A stretch of DNA of 64,000 nt, from positions 2,630 through 66,629 of the forward strand of contig JAKABB010000003.1 of assembly GCA_021802045.1 (NCBI GenBank). The letters are read 5' to 3'. The position numbers and the translations under genes were made by a program. Position 1 is the stretch's first letter; each line of letters begins with the position of its first letter. This document shows positions 54,367-63,532 of the stretch, one piece after another. This DNA comes from a bacterium (GTDB lineage: Bacteria; Chloroflexota; Dormibacteria; Aeolococcales; Bog-877). The notes under the pieces were generated by a model. It saw only the letters and a program-made list of their open reading frames with translations, was not told the origin of the DNA and did no database searches.

Positions 54367-55446
54367 ATGATCACGTCCCCACCGCCGACCGCACCCACAG
54401 CCCACGACCCCGGCCGCCCGCTCCCCCGCCGCTGGCGGATCAGCCTCCGCCAGGTGCAGGTCGCCCTCGGGGCGCTGTGGCTCCTGGACGGACTGCTCCA
54501 GCTCCAGCCCCCCATGTTCACCTCGGCGTTCGTCACCCAGATCCTGGACCCGGTGGCCCAGGGGCAGCCGCCGCTGATCGGGCACTCCATCACGGCCATG
54601 GCCAGCTTCATCGCCCCCCACATCGCCGCCTGGAACCTGGTCTTCGCCCTGGTGCAGCTGGCCCTCGGGCTGGGCTTCCTGTGGCGGCGGACCGTTCGGC
54701 CGGCCATCGTCGCCTCCCTGGCCTGGAGCCTCTTGGTCTGGTGGTTCGCCGAGGGCCTCGGGGGTCTGCTGACCGGTGGCGCCACCCCCGTGACCGGGGC
54801 GCCGGGCGCGGTCCTGCTGTATGCCCTGATCGCGCTGATCGCCTGGCCGCGGGGCGCGGGCCCCTCCTCGGCGACCAACGCCGCCGGCCAGGGCCTCCTC
54901 GGTGACCGGGGCACCCGGGCGGTCTGGGTCGTGCTCTGGGTGACGGGGGCGGTGCTGATCCTCCTGCCCCCGAACCGGGGCCGCGGAGCGATCGCCTCGA
55001 CCATCGCCGCCGCCGCCGCGGGCGAGCCCCAGTGGCTGCGCGGCCTGCAGCTCCCGGTGGCCCACCTGCTGGCGGGGCAGGGCGCCGCCCTGGCCCTCGG
55101 GCTCGGGGTGCTCCAGCTGGCCATCGGCCTCGGGGTCCTGCTCCGGAGCGCCCGCCACCTGGCCCTGGGGGCCGGGGCCCTGCTGGCCGTCGCCTTCTGG
55201 GTCCTGGGCCAGTCGCTGGGTGGGATCCTGACCGGCGCCGGCACCGACCCCAACACCGGGCCGCTCCTGGTGCTGCTGGGCGCCACGCTCGTGGGGCCCG
55301 TCCCTCTTCGCCCGCGGGCGTGGCTCGGCCGCCGGGCCCGGCGCGAGCTGGAGGTGCCTTGGGGGGCGGTGGGCCCGGCCGGCACGCGCTTCGACCGCCC
55401 CCGGGCCGAGCCGGGTCAGAATCCGGCAGGCGCCCAGCGGGCCTGA
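54367..55446 (+). CDS. Polytopic membrane protein of unknown function
   Basis: This 359-aa protein has about 8 hydrophobic spans (ALGALWLLDGLLQLQP.., LVFALVQLALGLGFLW..). I recognise no family. Its 3' end overlaps the convergent GGDEF/EAL gene by 31 nt. Confidence 0.6.
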   Translation: MITSPPPTAPTAHDPGRPLPRRWRISLRQVQVALGALWLLDGLLQLQPPMFTSAFVTQILDPVAQGQPPLIGHSITAMASFIAPHIAAWNLVFALVQLALGLGFLWRRTVRPAIVASLAWSLLVWWFAEGLGGLLTGGATPVTGAPGAVLLYALIALIAWPRGAGPSSATNAAGQGLLGDRGTRAVWVVLWVTGAVLILLPPNRGRGAIASTIAAAAAGEPQWLRGLQLPVAHLLAGQGAALALGLGVLQLAIGLGVLLRSARHLALGAGALLAVAFWVLGQSLGGILTGAGTDPNTGPLLVLLGATLVGPVPLRPRAWLGRRARRELEVPWGAVGPAGTRFDRPRAEPGQNPAGAQRA

Positions 55447-58091
55447 AACGCCTCGGCGTCGACGGGACGGGAGAAGAGGTAGCCCTGGGCCAGTTCGCAG
55501 TGCACGGCCCGCAGGGCGGCCAGCTGGTCTGGGGTCTCCACCCCCTCGGCGACCACGGCCAGGCCCAGTGAGTGGGCCAGGCTCACGATGCCGGTGACGA
55601 TCGCCGAGTCGTCGGCGTCGCCGGGCAGGCCGGACACGAAAGTGCGGTCGATCTTCATCTGGGTGATGGGCAGGCGCTTCAGGTAGGCCAGCGATGAGTA
55701 GCCGGTCCCGAAGTCGTCGACGGACAGGCCGACCCCGAGGGCGCGCAGCTCCCCCAGCAGCGAGACGGCGGAGTGGACGTCGGACATCAGGCCCGACTCG
55801 GTGATCTCCAGGCAGAGCGACGAGGGCGCCAGGCCGGTCTCGGCCAGCGTGGTCGCCACCGCCGCCGCGAAGCCGGGGTCACGGAGTTGCGCCACCGCGA
55901 CGTTGACCGACACCGTGAGCGGTGTCCCGCCCCGCGCCGCCTCCCAGCGGACGGCGTCGTGGCACGCCCGCTGGAGGACCCAGTAGCCGATCGGGACGAT
56001 GAGGCCCGTCTCCTCGGCCCGGGGGATGAAGTCGGCCGGGGGCACGACCCCCCGCGTCGGGTGCCGCCAGCGGACCAGAGCCTCGGCCGCCACGACGGTG
56101 CCGGTGGGGACGTCGATGATCGGCTGATAGTGGACCACCAACTCGTCCCGCTCCAGCGCGTGGCGCAGCGCCGTCTCCATCTGGACCAGGTCCGTCGACC
56201 CGCCTCGCATGGCGGGCTCGAAGAGCACGGTGGACTCGCCTCCGCGGGCCTTGGCCTGGGCGGCGGCCAGCGCCGCGTCCTGGAGGACGGTCGCCGGCGA
56301 CTCCGCATCGGCGGTGGCCACGACCGCCCCGATGCTCGCGGTGAGGAAGACCTCCTCGCCCCCGGCGTCGAAGGCAGCGGCCAGCGCCCGGTGAATCCGA
56401 TCGGCGATGGCGAGCGCCACCGGCGCCCGCCCCGCGGCCTCGTGGACCAGCACGAAGCTGTCGCCACCGGACCGGGCCACGGTATCCCCCCGGCGCGCCA
56501 CCTGGGTCAGCCGCTGGCCAACCTGGACCAGGAGCGCGTCTCCCCGCGGGTGGCCCAGGCTGTCGTTGACGACCTTGAAGCGGTCGAGGTCCACCGCCAG
56601 GACCGCGCAGGCGCGCCGGCGGCGGGCGGCCCGCGTCAGGGCGCGCTGGAGCCGGTCCAGCAAGAGGACCCGGTTGGGCAGGCCGGTGAGGGGATCGTGG
56701 AGGGCCCGTCGGCGCATCTGGTCCTCCACGACGCGGTGCGCGATGGCCGCGCCCAGGACGTTGGCCACCGCCTGCAGGAAGTGGATGTCGTCCCCGGTGA
56801 AGGCCCGCGGCGCCCGGGTGTGCGCGCCCAGGACCCCGAAGGGGCGGCCGCCGGCGTCGATCACAACCGACATGCCCGCACGCACCCCGTGGTCGGCCAA
56901 GAGGGACGGCGCGGTGAAACGGGTCTCGGTGACGAGGTCAGTCACGATCACCGGGGCCCCGGCCTGCAGGGTGTAGCCGGCTTGGGAGTGCTCCTCCGTG
57001 CCCACCCGGGCCACGCCCACCAGCCCCGCGGCCCAGCCCACCCCGGCCCGCAGCCGGCAGGCCGCTCCCCCCGGCTCCAGCTCCAGGACCTTGCCGAACT
57101 CGACGCCAACGCCGGCGGCGACCATGGCTGCGGCGCTGTCGAACAGGGCACCGAGGTCCCGCTCGCTCAGCGCCATCCGCCCCAGGTCGGCGATCAACGC
57201 CTGCTGGGCGGTGCGCCGCGCCGCCAGCGCCTCCGCGTCCCGCCGGGCCGTGACGTCCTCGACCTGCAGGAAGACCTCGTGGGGGTTCCCTTCAACGTTC
57301 CGCAGGACGCACGCCCGGATCACCAGGGCCAGGAGGGCCCCGTCGCCCCGGATGACCCGCCGCTCGAAGGTGTCGTAGGCCAACCCCTCGCCCCGAGCGA
57401 CCGCCGCCAACCGCCGGGAGGTCGCGGGCCAGTCGTGGGGGTGGATCAGCTCTCGCACCTCCGCCCCCACGAGGTCCTGGGCACCGCGGCCCAGTAGCGC
57501 GCAGAGCGCCGGGTTGGCTGCCTGGACCCTTCCGTCGAGCCCGACCAGCGCGCTGCCGACCCCGGTCTGGGCGAAGGCCTGCGGGAAGCGATCCGCGGCA
57601 CCGGTCGGGGCCGGCCAGCCCGGGTCCCGCTCGGGGTCGAGCGCCCCCCAGGCCGCGGACACGTGGGTCGCGAGGCAATCCCACGGCGTCAGCGCCTCCG
57701 GTTCGAGCAGGCCGGCCTTCCCGGCGTGGACCGCCAGGGTGGCGCGGCGGGTTCCGTGGACCACCAGGGGGAACGCGGCGGACCGGACCGGGCCTGGCGC
57801 CGCGGCACGGGCACCGGAGTCGCCGGCGAGGACCGCTCCCAGCCACCCCATCTCGGATCGCCTGGGCCCCGCGCCGGCGTACAGCCGCACCTCCCCGGTG
57901 CGGGGGGTGAAGCCGGCGATCCAGACCGCCTCGACCCCGGTGGCGTCCGCGGCCGCTCCGCAGGCGATCTCCAGGAGCCCGTCGACCGCCACCGCCTGGC
58001 GGAGGGCCGCATCGATCCGGGTCAGGGCCCCGGTGAGCCACCCGGCCGGCTGCGCCCGCCCTGCCCGGCGACGCCGGCTCGTGTCAGCCAT
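55416..58091 (-). CDS. Multidomain c-di-GMP signalling protein (GAF-PAS-GAF-GGDEF-EAL)
   Basis: The GGDEF domain carries the variant signature RSGGDSFVLV. The EAL domain carries EALVRWRH, DDFGTGYSSL and KIDRTF motifs. The upstream segments are GAF- and PAS-like. Confidence 0.88.
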   Translation of the reverse strand: MADTSRRRRAGRAQPAGWLTGALTRIDAALRQAVAVDGLLEIACGAAADATGVEAVWIAGFTPRTGEVRLYAGAGPRRSEMGWLGAVLAGDSGARAAAPGPVRSAAFPLVVHGTRRATLAVHAGKAGLLEPEALTPWDCLATHVSAAWGALDPERDPGWPAPTGAADRFPQAFAQTGVGSALVGLDGRVQAANPALCALLGRGAQDLVGAEVRELIHPHDWPATSRRLAAVARGEGLAYDTFERRVIRGDGALLALVIRACVLRNVEGNPHEVFLQVEDVTARRDAEALAARRTAQQALIADLGRMALSERDLGALFDSAAAMVAAGVGVEFGKVLELEPGGAACRLRAGVGWAAGLVGVARVGTEEHSQAGYTLQAGAPVIVTDLVTETRFTAPSLLADHGVRAGMSVVIDAGGRPFGVLGAHTRAPRAFTGDDIHFLQAVANVLGAAIAHRVVEDQMRRRALHDPLTGLPNRVLLLDRLQRALTRAARRRRACAVLAVDLDRFKVVNDSLGHPRGDALLVQVGQRLTQVARRGDTVARSGGDSFVLVHEAAGRAPVALAIADRIHRALAAAFDAGGEEVFLTASIGAVVATADAESPATVLQDAALAAAQAKARGGESTVLFEPAMRGGSTDLVQMETALRHALERDELVVHYQPIIDVPTGTVVAAEALVRWRHPTRGVVPPADFIPRAEETGLIVPIGYWVLQRACHDAVRWEAARGGTPLTVSVNVAVAQLRDPGFAAAVATTLAETGLAPSSLCLEITESGLMSDVHSAVSLLGELRALGVGLSVDDFGTGYSSLAYLKRLPITQMKIDRTFVSGLPGDADDSAIVTGIVSLAHSLGLAVVAEGVETPDQLAALRAVHCELAQGYLFSRPVDAEAFQARWAPAGF

Positions 58092-58159
58092 CCCGGGGAA
58101 TGATAGGCGGGCCCCAGCGGTGGGGGCGCCCTCACCAGAACGTCTGCACGACCTCGAAG

Positions 58160-58231
58160 TCGGGGCGCCCGGGATCGAACCGGGGACCCCCTGCTCCCAA
58201 AGCAGGTGCGCTACCGCTGCGCCACGCCCCG
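58160..58231 (-). tRNA. tRNA-Pro (anticodon TGG)
   Basis: I folded it by hand on the minus strand. The acceptor stem is cggggcg/cgccccg and the D arm is gcgc-agcggta-gcgc. The anticodon arm is cctgc-tTTGGga-gcagg and the T arm is cccgg-ttcgatc-ccggg. No CCA is encoded. Confidence 0.9.
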
Positions 58232-58343
58232 ACGCCTGCCCAGTCTACGGCCTCCGCCGCCAAGCCCCCGGACCCAACGGCGCCGGCCGAGGAGCTCGCC
58301 CGCTGCGAACTCCGGGCCGGCGCCTGGCCCAGACGCCGCCGGA

Positions 58344-58991
58344 TCAGGCGGCGACGGTGAGGGTTCCGCGCATGAAGCCGGTCTCGGCCATCGGGCCCGA
58401 CCATCCGCCCTGCCCCGTCCCGCAGGGGTCGAAGCACTGCCACGGGTACTGCCCGGCCTTGCCGGTGTGGATGGTGAAGGTCGTCACCGACTGGCCCAGC
58501 ATCGGCACGTTGAGCCCGAGTGCCGGGACCGTGAAGGTGTGGGAGACCAGCTGGGGACTGACGGCGCGCACCGTGCGGGCCGCCCCGGCCAGAGCGTTGG
58601 GGTCGGCCGGGTTCAGGGGCCGCACCGTGATCGTGCCCCCGACGGTCCCCGACACCTGGGCGTGGCTGGCCAGCACCCCGGTCAGGGGGGTCGACCCGTC
58701 GAAGTTCATGACGCTGACGACCACGGTGGCGTGGGCCGGCACCGTGAAGTCGGCCGGCACGTAGGCCGGGCCCTTGGGGCCGACCACGATCGTCAGGTTG
58801 ACGTGGTCCACCGCGGTGGAGGCCACCGGGAGGGCCGCGGCCGACTGGGTCGGGTTGAACGTCCCGCCCCAACTGGTGGCGTACCCCACCGCCAGGACGC
58901 TGGCGGCGACCAGGGCGGCCCCCACCGCGAGGATCATGGTCCACAGACCCGTCTCGCGCCGGTCCATCGCAGCACTGGGGAGCGTGCTCAT
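58344..58991 (-). CDS. Membrane-anchored cupredoxin-like protein with a degenerate CuA-type motif
   Basis: The N-terminal TM anchor is LWTMILAVGAALVAASVLAV. The C-terminal HTFTVPALGLNVPM..GQYPWQCFDPCGTGQGGWSGPM aligns with the COX2 H...CxxxCG..(H)..M pattern, but the second His is missing. An alternative start lies at 58967. Confidence 0.6.
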   Translation of the reverse strand: MSTLPSAAMDRRETGLWTMILAVGAALVAASVLAVGYATSWGGTFNPTQSAAALPVASTAVDHVNLTIVVGPKGPAYVPADFTVPAHATVVVSVMNFDGSTPLTGVLASHAQVSGTVGGTITVRPLNPADPNALAGAARTVRAVSPQLVSHTFTVPALGLNVPMLGQSVTTFTIHTGKAGQYPWQCFDPCGTGQGGWSGPMAETGFMRGTLTVAA

Positions 58992-59144
58992 CTCGGATCC
59001 TCCAGGATCAGCGACCCACCGGTCGCGTGACGGTCAACGTGAACCAGCGTGCGATACGTTTAGGGTCTGACGTACCGTGGGAAACCCCCGCTCGGGGACC
59101 CGTGGTTCCCCCCACGGGCCGACCAGCCAGAAGGAGCACCGCCC

Positions 59145-59705
59145 GTGGACCTGACCCTCTCGCGCCGTGGCGACTACGTGGTTCGCGCCGCCCTGGCCCT
59201 GGCCCTGGCCTGGGACGGGCCGAACCCCAGCCGCAAGCTGCGCCAGCTGGTGGCGGAGATGGAGCTGCCGCCGACATACGCCGCCCAGATCATGGGCCGC
59301 CTGGTCCAGGCTGGCCTGGCCACCGCCCGGGCCGGTCGCAGCGGCGGGTATCGCCTCAGCCGCGAGCCCACCGCCATCACCCTGCTGGAGGTGGTGGAGG
59401 CCGCGGAGGGGCCCCTGCGGGCGGCGCGCTGCTCGCTCAGCGGCGGCCCCTGCCACTGGCAGGAGGTCTGCCCCCTGCACCCGTCCTGGAGCCGGGCGAC
59501 CATGGCCCTGCGCACCGCCCTGGCGGCCACCAGCCTGCGGACGCTGGCCGACGACGACCGGGCCATCGCCGCCGGCGAGCTCCCGATCCCAGTGGACTCG
59601 CACCGGCAGCCGAAGCCGGCCGGGGCCCGGAGTCCCGCCCGCCCGAAGGCTACCCGGACGCCAACCGCTGGAGCAGCGCCGCCACCGCCCGTCCCCGGTG
59701 GCTGA
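59145..59705 (+). CDS. Rrf2-family transcriptional regulator (probable Fe-S cluster binding)
   Basis: The winged-helix N-terminus reads LSRRGDYVVRAALALA and GYRLSREPTAITLLEVVEAAEG. The Cys-x6-Cys-x5-Cys-x2-His segment is CSLSGGPCHWQEVCPLH. The start codon is GTG. The Pro/Ala-rich tail overlaps the 3' end of rdgB. Confidence 0.85.
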   Translation: MDLTLSRRGDYVVRAALALALAWDGPNPSRKLRQLVAEMELPPTYAAQIMGRLVQAGLATARAGRSGGYRLSREPTAITLLEVVEAAEGPLRAARCSLSGGPCHWQEVCPLHPSWSRATMALRTALAATSLRTLADDDRAIAAGELPIPVDSHRQPKPAGARSPARPKATRTPTAGAAPPPPVPGG

Positions 59706-60291
59706 GCCGATCCTTGGCCAGCGGCGCCAGCTCGGCCATCGTGGTGGTATGCCCCTCCGGCACGAAGAGGGGGTCGTAGCCGAAGCCCGCCGCGCCGCGC
59801 GGCGCCGCCAGCAGGAGGCCGCGCACCCGGCTCTCGACCGTCTCCAGCAGGGCCGGCTGGCCGCCGGGGCCGGGGGCGGCCAGCGCCAGGGCACAGACGA
59901 AGGCCGCCCCGCGCTGGCCCGGGGCCAGCCCGGCCACCCGGGCCCGGACCGCCTCCACCCGATCGGCGTCCGAGGCGTCAGGGCCCAGCCAGCGCGCCGA
60001 TCGGACCCCCGGCCAGCCGCCGCAGGCGTCCAGCTCGAGCCCGCTGTCGTCGGCCAGCACCACCACTCCGGTCGCGGCCACGGCCGCCCGCGCCTTGATG
60101 GCGGCGTTGGCCAGGTAGCTGTCGGCGTCCTCGTCCCACGCCGCGTCGGCGCCGCCGGGGAGCGCATCGAGCCCCAGCACCTCCCAGCCGCTGGCCCCCA
60201 GCAGGCGGCGGAACTCCCCCACCTTGCCGGGGTTGCGGGTCGCGACCACGACCCGGGTGCCCCGCGGGAGCCGGGACCCGATCGCGGTCAC
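59650..60291 (-). CDS. rdgB: dITP/XTP pyrophosphatase (RdgB/HAM1 family)
   Basis: Motifs [44 protein letters not shown] and SHRGRA are present. The GTG start overlaps the rph stop (GTGA). Confidence 0.88.
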   Translation of the reverse strand: MTAIGSRLPRGTRVVVATRNPGKVGEFRRLLGASGWEVLGLDALPGGADAAWDEDADSYLANAAIKARAAVAATGVVVLADDSGLELDACGGWPGVRSARWLGPDASDADRVEAVRARVAGLAPGQRGAAFVCALALAAPGPGGQPALLETVESRVRGLLLAAPRGAAGFGYDPLFVPEGHTTTMAELAPLAKDRLSHRGRAVAALLQRLASG

Positions 60292-61032
60292 CCCACGGTG
60301 CCCGGCCGCGGCAGCAGCGCCGCCCGCTGGGTCGCACAGAGTTCGGCGACGCCCGAGCGGGCCAGCTCCAGGACCGCCATCAGCTCGCGCTCGTCGAAGG
60401 GCTCGCGTTCGGCGGTGCCCTGGACCTCCACAAAGCGGCCATCCTCGGTCATCACGCAGTTGAGGTCGGCTCCCGCCAGGTGGTCCTCGCGGTAGTCCAG
60501 GTCCAGGCACGGCACCCCGCCCAGGATGCCGACGGACACCGCGGCCACGGCCCGCGGCACCGGCGGCCGGCGGCAGAGCTGGGCCTCGACCAGCCGCTGA
60601 GCCGCCAGGGCCAGCGCCACCCACCCCCCGGTGACAGCGGCCGTCCGCGTGCCACCGTCGGCCTGGAGGACGTCGCAGTCGACGATGATCGTCCGCTCGC
60701 CCAGGGCGCGCAGATCGGTGGCCATGCGCAGGCTGCGCCCGATCAGGCGCTGGATCTCCTGGGTGCGCCCGTCGATCCGGCCACCCCGCTCCCGCGGGGT
60801 GCGCTCCGCCGTGGCCCGGGGCAGCATGGCGTACTCCGCGGTCACCCAGCCGCCCTGACCCCGCCGGTGCGGCGGCACCCGCTCCTCGATGGTGGCGGCG
60901 CACAGGACCTCGGTCCGGCCCATGGTGATCAGTGCCGAACCCTCGGCGTAGGCCGCGGCACCGGGCCGGATGGTCACCGGGCGCAGCTGGTCCGGCCGCC
61001 GCCCGTCGTGGCGGGCCGTCACCGGTGGAACA
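60288..61032 (-). CDS. rph: Ribonuclease PH
   Basis: Motifs [40 protein letters not shown] and [18 protein letters not shown] are present. I chose the GTG start at 61032, which overlaps the tatC end by 14 nt. Confidence 0.92.
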
Positions 61033-61825
61033 CCAGCCGGATGATGAGGATGCTGGCCTCGTAGAGCAGGATGAGGGGGATGGAGAGGAAGGTCGGCGTG
61101 AAGGGGTCGGCCCCGGGGGTGATGATCAGCGCCACCGCGATGATGATGAAGATGGCGGCCCGGCGCCAGCGCCGCAGCTGCAGGCTGCTGAGGATGCCCA
61201 CCGCCCCCAGCAGGCACAGGACCACCGGCAGCTCGAAGGTCACCCCGAAGATGACGATCAGCAGGCCGAAGAAGGTGAGGTAGCTGTTCAGGTCCGGCAG
61301 GTAGACCGCGTCGCCTCCCAGGAAGGTGGCCAGGAAGGTGAGGCCGATCGGCATCACGAAGTAGGCGAAGGCGGCGCCCACCACGAAGAGGACAAAGCTG
61401 CTGCCGACGAAGGGGCCGACCAGGCGCCGCTCGCGGCGGTGCAGGGCCGGGGCCACGAACGTCCACAGCTGCCACAGGATCACCGGCAGGGCCAGCACCA
61501 CCCCGGCCAGGCTCGCCACCTTGAAGGGGATGGAGAGGCCCTCGATCGGACCGGTGTAGATCACGTGGGGCCCGAAGGGGCTGTGGGTGTGTCCCAGGGC
61601 CAGGAGCAGGGGCCGCTCCAGGATGTGGATGATCGCGTTGTTGAAGGCGAAGGCCAGCGCGGTGGCCAGCCCCCAGGCGATCAGGCAGACGATGAGGACG
61701 TGCCGCAGCTCGGTGAGGTGCTCGACCAGGGTCAGCTGCCGCTCGTCCTCATCGGGACCGGACGGCGACCCGGGACGGCGCAGGAAGGCGAGGGGGCCGG
61801 GACCCCTCAGCGGCTGAGTCGACAC
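61019..61825 (-). CDS. tatC: Twin-arginine translocase subunit TatC
   Basis: Motifs [15 protein letters not shown], a six-TM layout and [16 protein letters not shown] are present. Confidence 0.9.
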   Translation of the reverse strand: MSTQPLRGPGPLAFLRRPGSPSGPDEDERQLTLVEHLTELRHVLIVCLIAWGLATALAFAFNNAIIHILERPLLLALGHTHSPFGPHVIYTGPIEGLSIPFKVASLAGVVLALPVILWQLWTFVAPALHRRERRLVGPFVGSSFVLFVVGAAFAYFVMPIGLTFLATFLGGDAVYLPDLNSYLTFFGLLIVIFGVTFELPVVLCLLGAVGILSSLQLRRWRRAAIFIIIAVALIITPGADPFTPTFLSIPLILLYEASILIIRLVFHR

Positions 61826-61849
61826 GGGCTCAGCCCCGCAGGCAGGACC

Positions 61850-62128
61850 TCAGCTGCCCGGCTGGCTGTCGCCCGCAGCGGAGCCGGCGCCAACGCCCTG
61901 GTTGGTGTCCGCGCTCGGCGGAGGCGACGCGGGCGGCGGCGGCACGGGAGCGGTGACATCGGAGGCCATGGAGCGGACCTCCTCCACGGTGGTGCTCGAG
62001 GCCTTCTTGAACTCCTGGATCGCCCGGCCGACGCTGCTCCCCAACTCGGGCAACCGCTTGGGGCCGAAGACGATCAAGGCCAGCACGATGAGCAGGGCCA
62101 GCAGGAAGAAGTGGGTGGGAGAGATCAT
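61850..62128 (-). CDS. tatA: Twin-arginine translocase subunit TatA/E
   Basis: The motif LLALLIVLALIVFGPKRLPELGSSVGRAIQEFKK is present. I chose the start MISPTHFF. Confidence 0.85.
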   Translation of the reverse strand: MISPTHFFLLALLIVLALIVFGPKRLPELGSSVGRAIQEFKKASSTTVEEVRSMASDVTAPVPPPPASPPPSADTNQGVGAGSAAGDSQPGS

Positions 62129-62227
62129 CGGCGTGCCCTCAGGTGGAGCGGTCGCCTTGAGTATAGCACCGGGATTTTCGCCCCTCCCGGGCCGGCCGGT
62201 CACCGGCCCCGACCAGCGCCGCCCCCA

Positions 62228-63532
62228 TCACGGCGGGCCCGCCGCGGCCCCCAGGGCGGTGGCGAAGGCCGCGGCCACACGGTCCACCGTCGCCGCGTCG
62301 TGGGCCGTGGACAGGAAGCCGGCCTCGAACTGCGAGGGCGGCCAGAAGACGCCGGCGGCCAGCCACCCCCGGTGGACCTGGGCGAAGCGGGCGCGATCGG
62401 CCCGGCGCGCCTGGGCGTAGTCCTCGACCGGTCCGGGGTGGAAGAACGGCGTCAGCATCGACCCCACCCGGTTGACGGTCAGGGCGATCCCGGCCGCGGC
62501 CGCCGCCTCGCGCAGGCCGCGCTCCAGGCGCGCCCCGGCCGCCTCCAGCGCCGCGTAGGCACGGCCGTCCGCCAGCGCCTCCAGGGTGGCCAGGCCCGCC
62601 GCGACCGCCAGGGGGTTCCCGCTCAGCGTCCCCGCCTGATAGACCGGCCCGGCCGGGGCGACCTGCTCCATGAGGGCCCGACTGCCGCCGTAGGCCCCCA
62701 CCGGCAGGCCACCGCCGATGACCTTGCCCAGGCAGGTGAGATCGGGCCGCACCCCGAAGAGCGCCTGAGCCCCTCCCCAGGCCACCCGGAAGCCGGTCAT
62801 GACCTCGTCGAAGACCAGCAGGGCGCCCCAGCGCAGGGTGAGCGCGCGCAGGCCGGCGAGGTACCCGGCCCGGGGCGGCACCACCCCCATGTTGCCGGCG
62901 ACCGGCTCCACCAGGACCGCCGCAATCCTCTCGCCCTGCGCCTCGAACGCCCCCTCAACCGCCTTCAGGTCGTTGAAGGGCACAACGATGGTGTCGGCCA
63001 CCGTCCCCGCCGGTACCCCCGGTGAGCCCGGCAGCCCCAGGGTCGCGACCCCGGAGCCCGCCGCCGCCAGCAGGCCGTCGCTGTGCCCGTGGTAGCCGCC
63101 GTCGAACTTGACGATCTTCTCCCGGCCGGTGGCCGCCCGGGCCAGGCGCACCGCGCTCATGGTGGCCTCGGTCCCACTGTTCACCAGCCGGACCATCTCC
63201 ACGCTGGGCACGGCGGCGACGATGCGCTCGGCCAGCCGGGTCTCGGCCTCGGTGGGCCCGCCGAACGCCGTCCCCCGGAGCAGCTGCCCCCGCAGCGCCC
63301 GGGTCACGGCCGGGTGGCCGTGACCGAGGATGAGCGGCCCGTAGGCCAGGACGCAGTCGATGAGCGAGTGCCCCTCGGTGTCGATCAGCTCGGCCCCGCG
63401 GCCGCGCACCAGAAACGGAGGGGCCCCACCGACGGCGCCGAAGGCACGGACCGGGCTGTTGACACCGCCGGGGATGACGCGGCGGGCCGCCGCCAGGGCC
63501 GCGGCTGCGGCCTGCCGCGGGGCCCGGGTCAC
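62228..63532 (-). CDS. hemL: Glutamate-1-semialdehyde 2,1-aminomutase
   Basis: Motifs IPGGVNSPVRAF, VFDEVMTGFR and the LGKVIGGGLPVGA PLP-lysine context are present. The GTG start overlaps the stop of the upstream PPIase gene (GTGA). Confidence 0.93.
   Translation of the reverse strand: MTRAPRQAAAAALAAARRVIPGGVNSPVRAFGAVGGAPPFLVRGRGAELIDTEGHSLIDCVLAYGPLILGHGHPAVTRALRGQLLRGTAFGGPTEAETRLAERIVAAVPSVEMVRLVNSGTEATMSAVRLARAATGREKIVKFDGGYHGHSDGLLAAAGSGVATLGLPGSPGVPAGTVADTIVVPFNDLKAVEGAFEAQGERIAAVLVEPVAGNMGVVPPRAGYLAGLRALTLRWGALLVFDEVMTGFRVAWGGAQALFGVRPDLTCLGKVIGGGLPVGAYGGSRALMEQVAPAGPVYQAGTLSGNPLAVAAGLATLEALADGRAYAALEAAGARLERGLREAAAAAGIALTVNRVGSMLTPFFHPGPVEDYAQARRADRARFAQVHRGWLAAGVFWPPSQFEAGFLSTAHDAATVDRVAAAFATALGAAAGPP

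Noticed and set aside
58992-59144. Short palindromes in the Rrf2/cupredoxin intergenic region (GATCCtccaGGATC, CGACCcaccGGTCG, CCCCgctcGGGG) as Rrf2 operators
   Set aside because: The arms are only 4-5 bp, and such palindromes are frequent by chance in GC-rich sequence. None resembles the Rrf2-family sites I know. I mention the region only as one to test.
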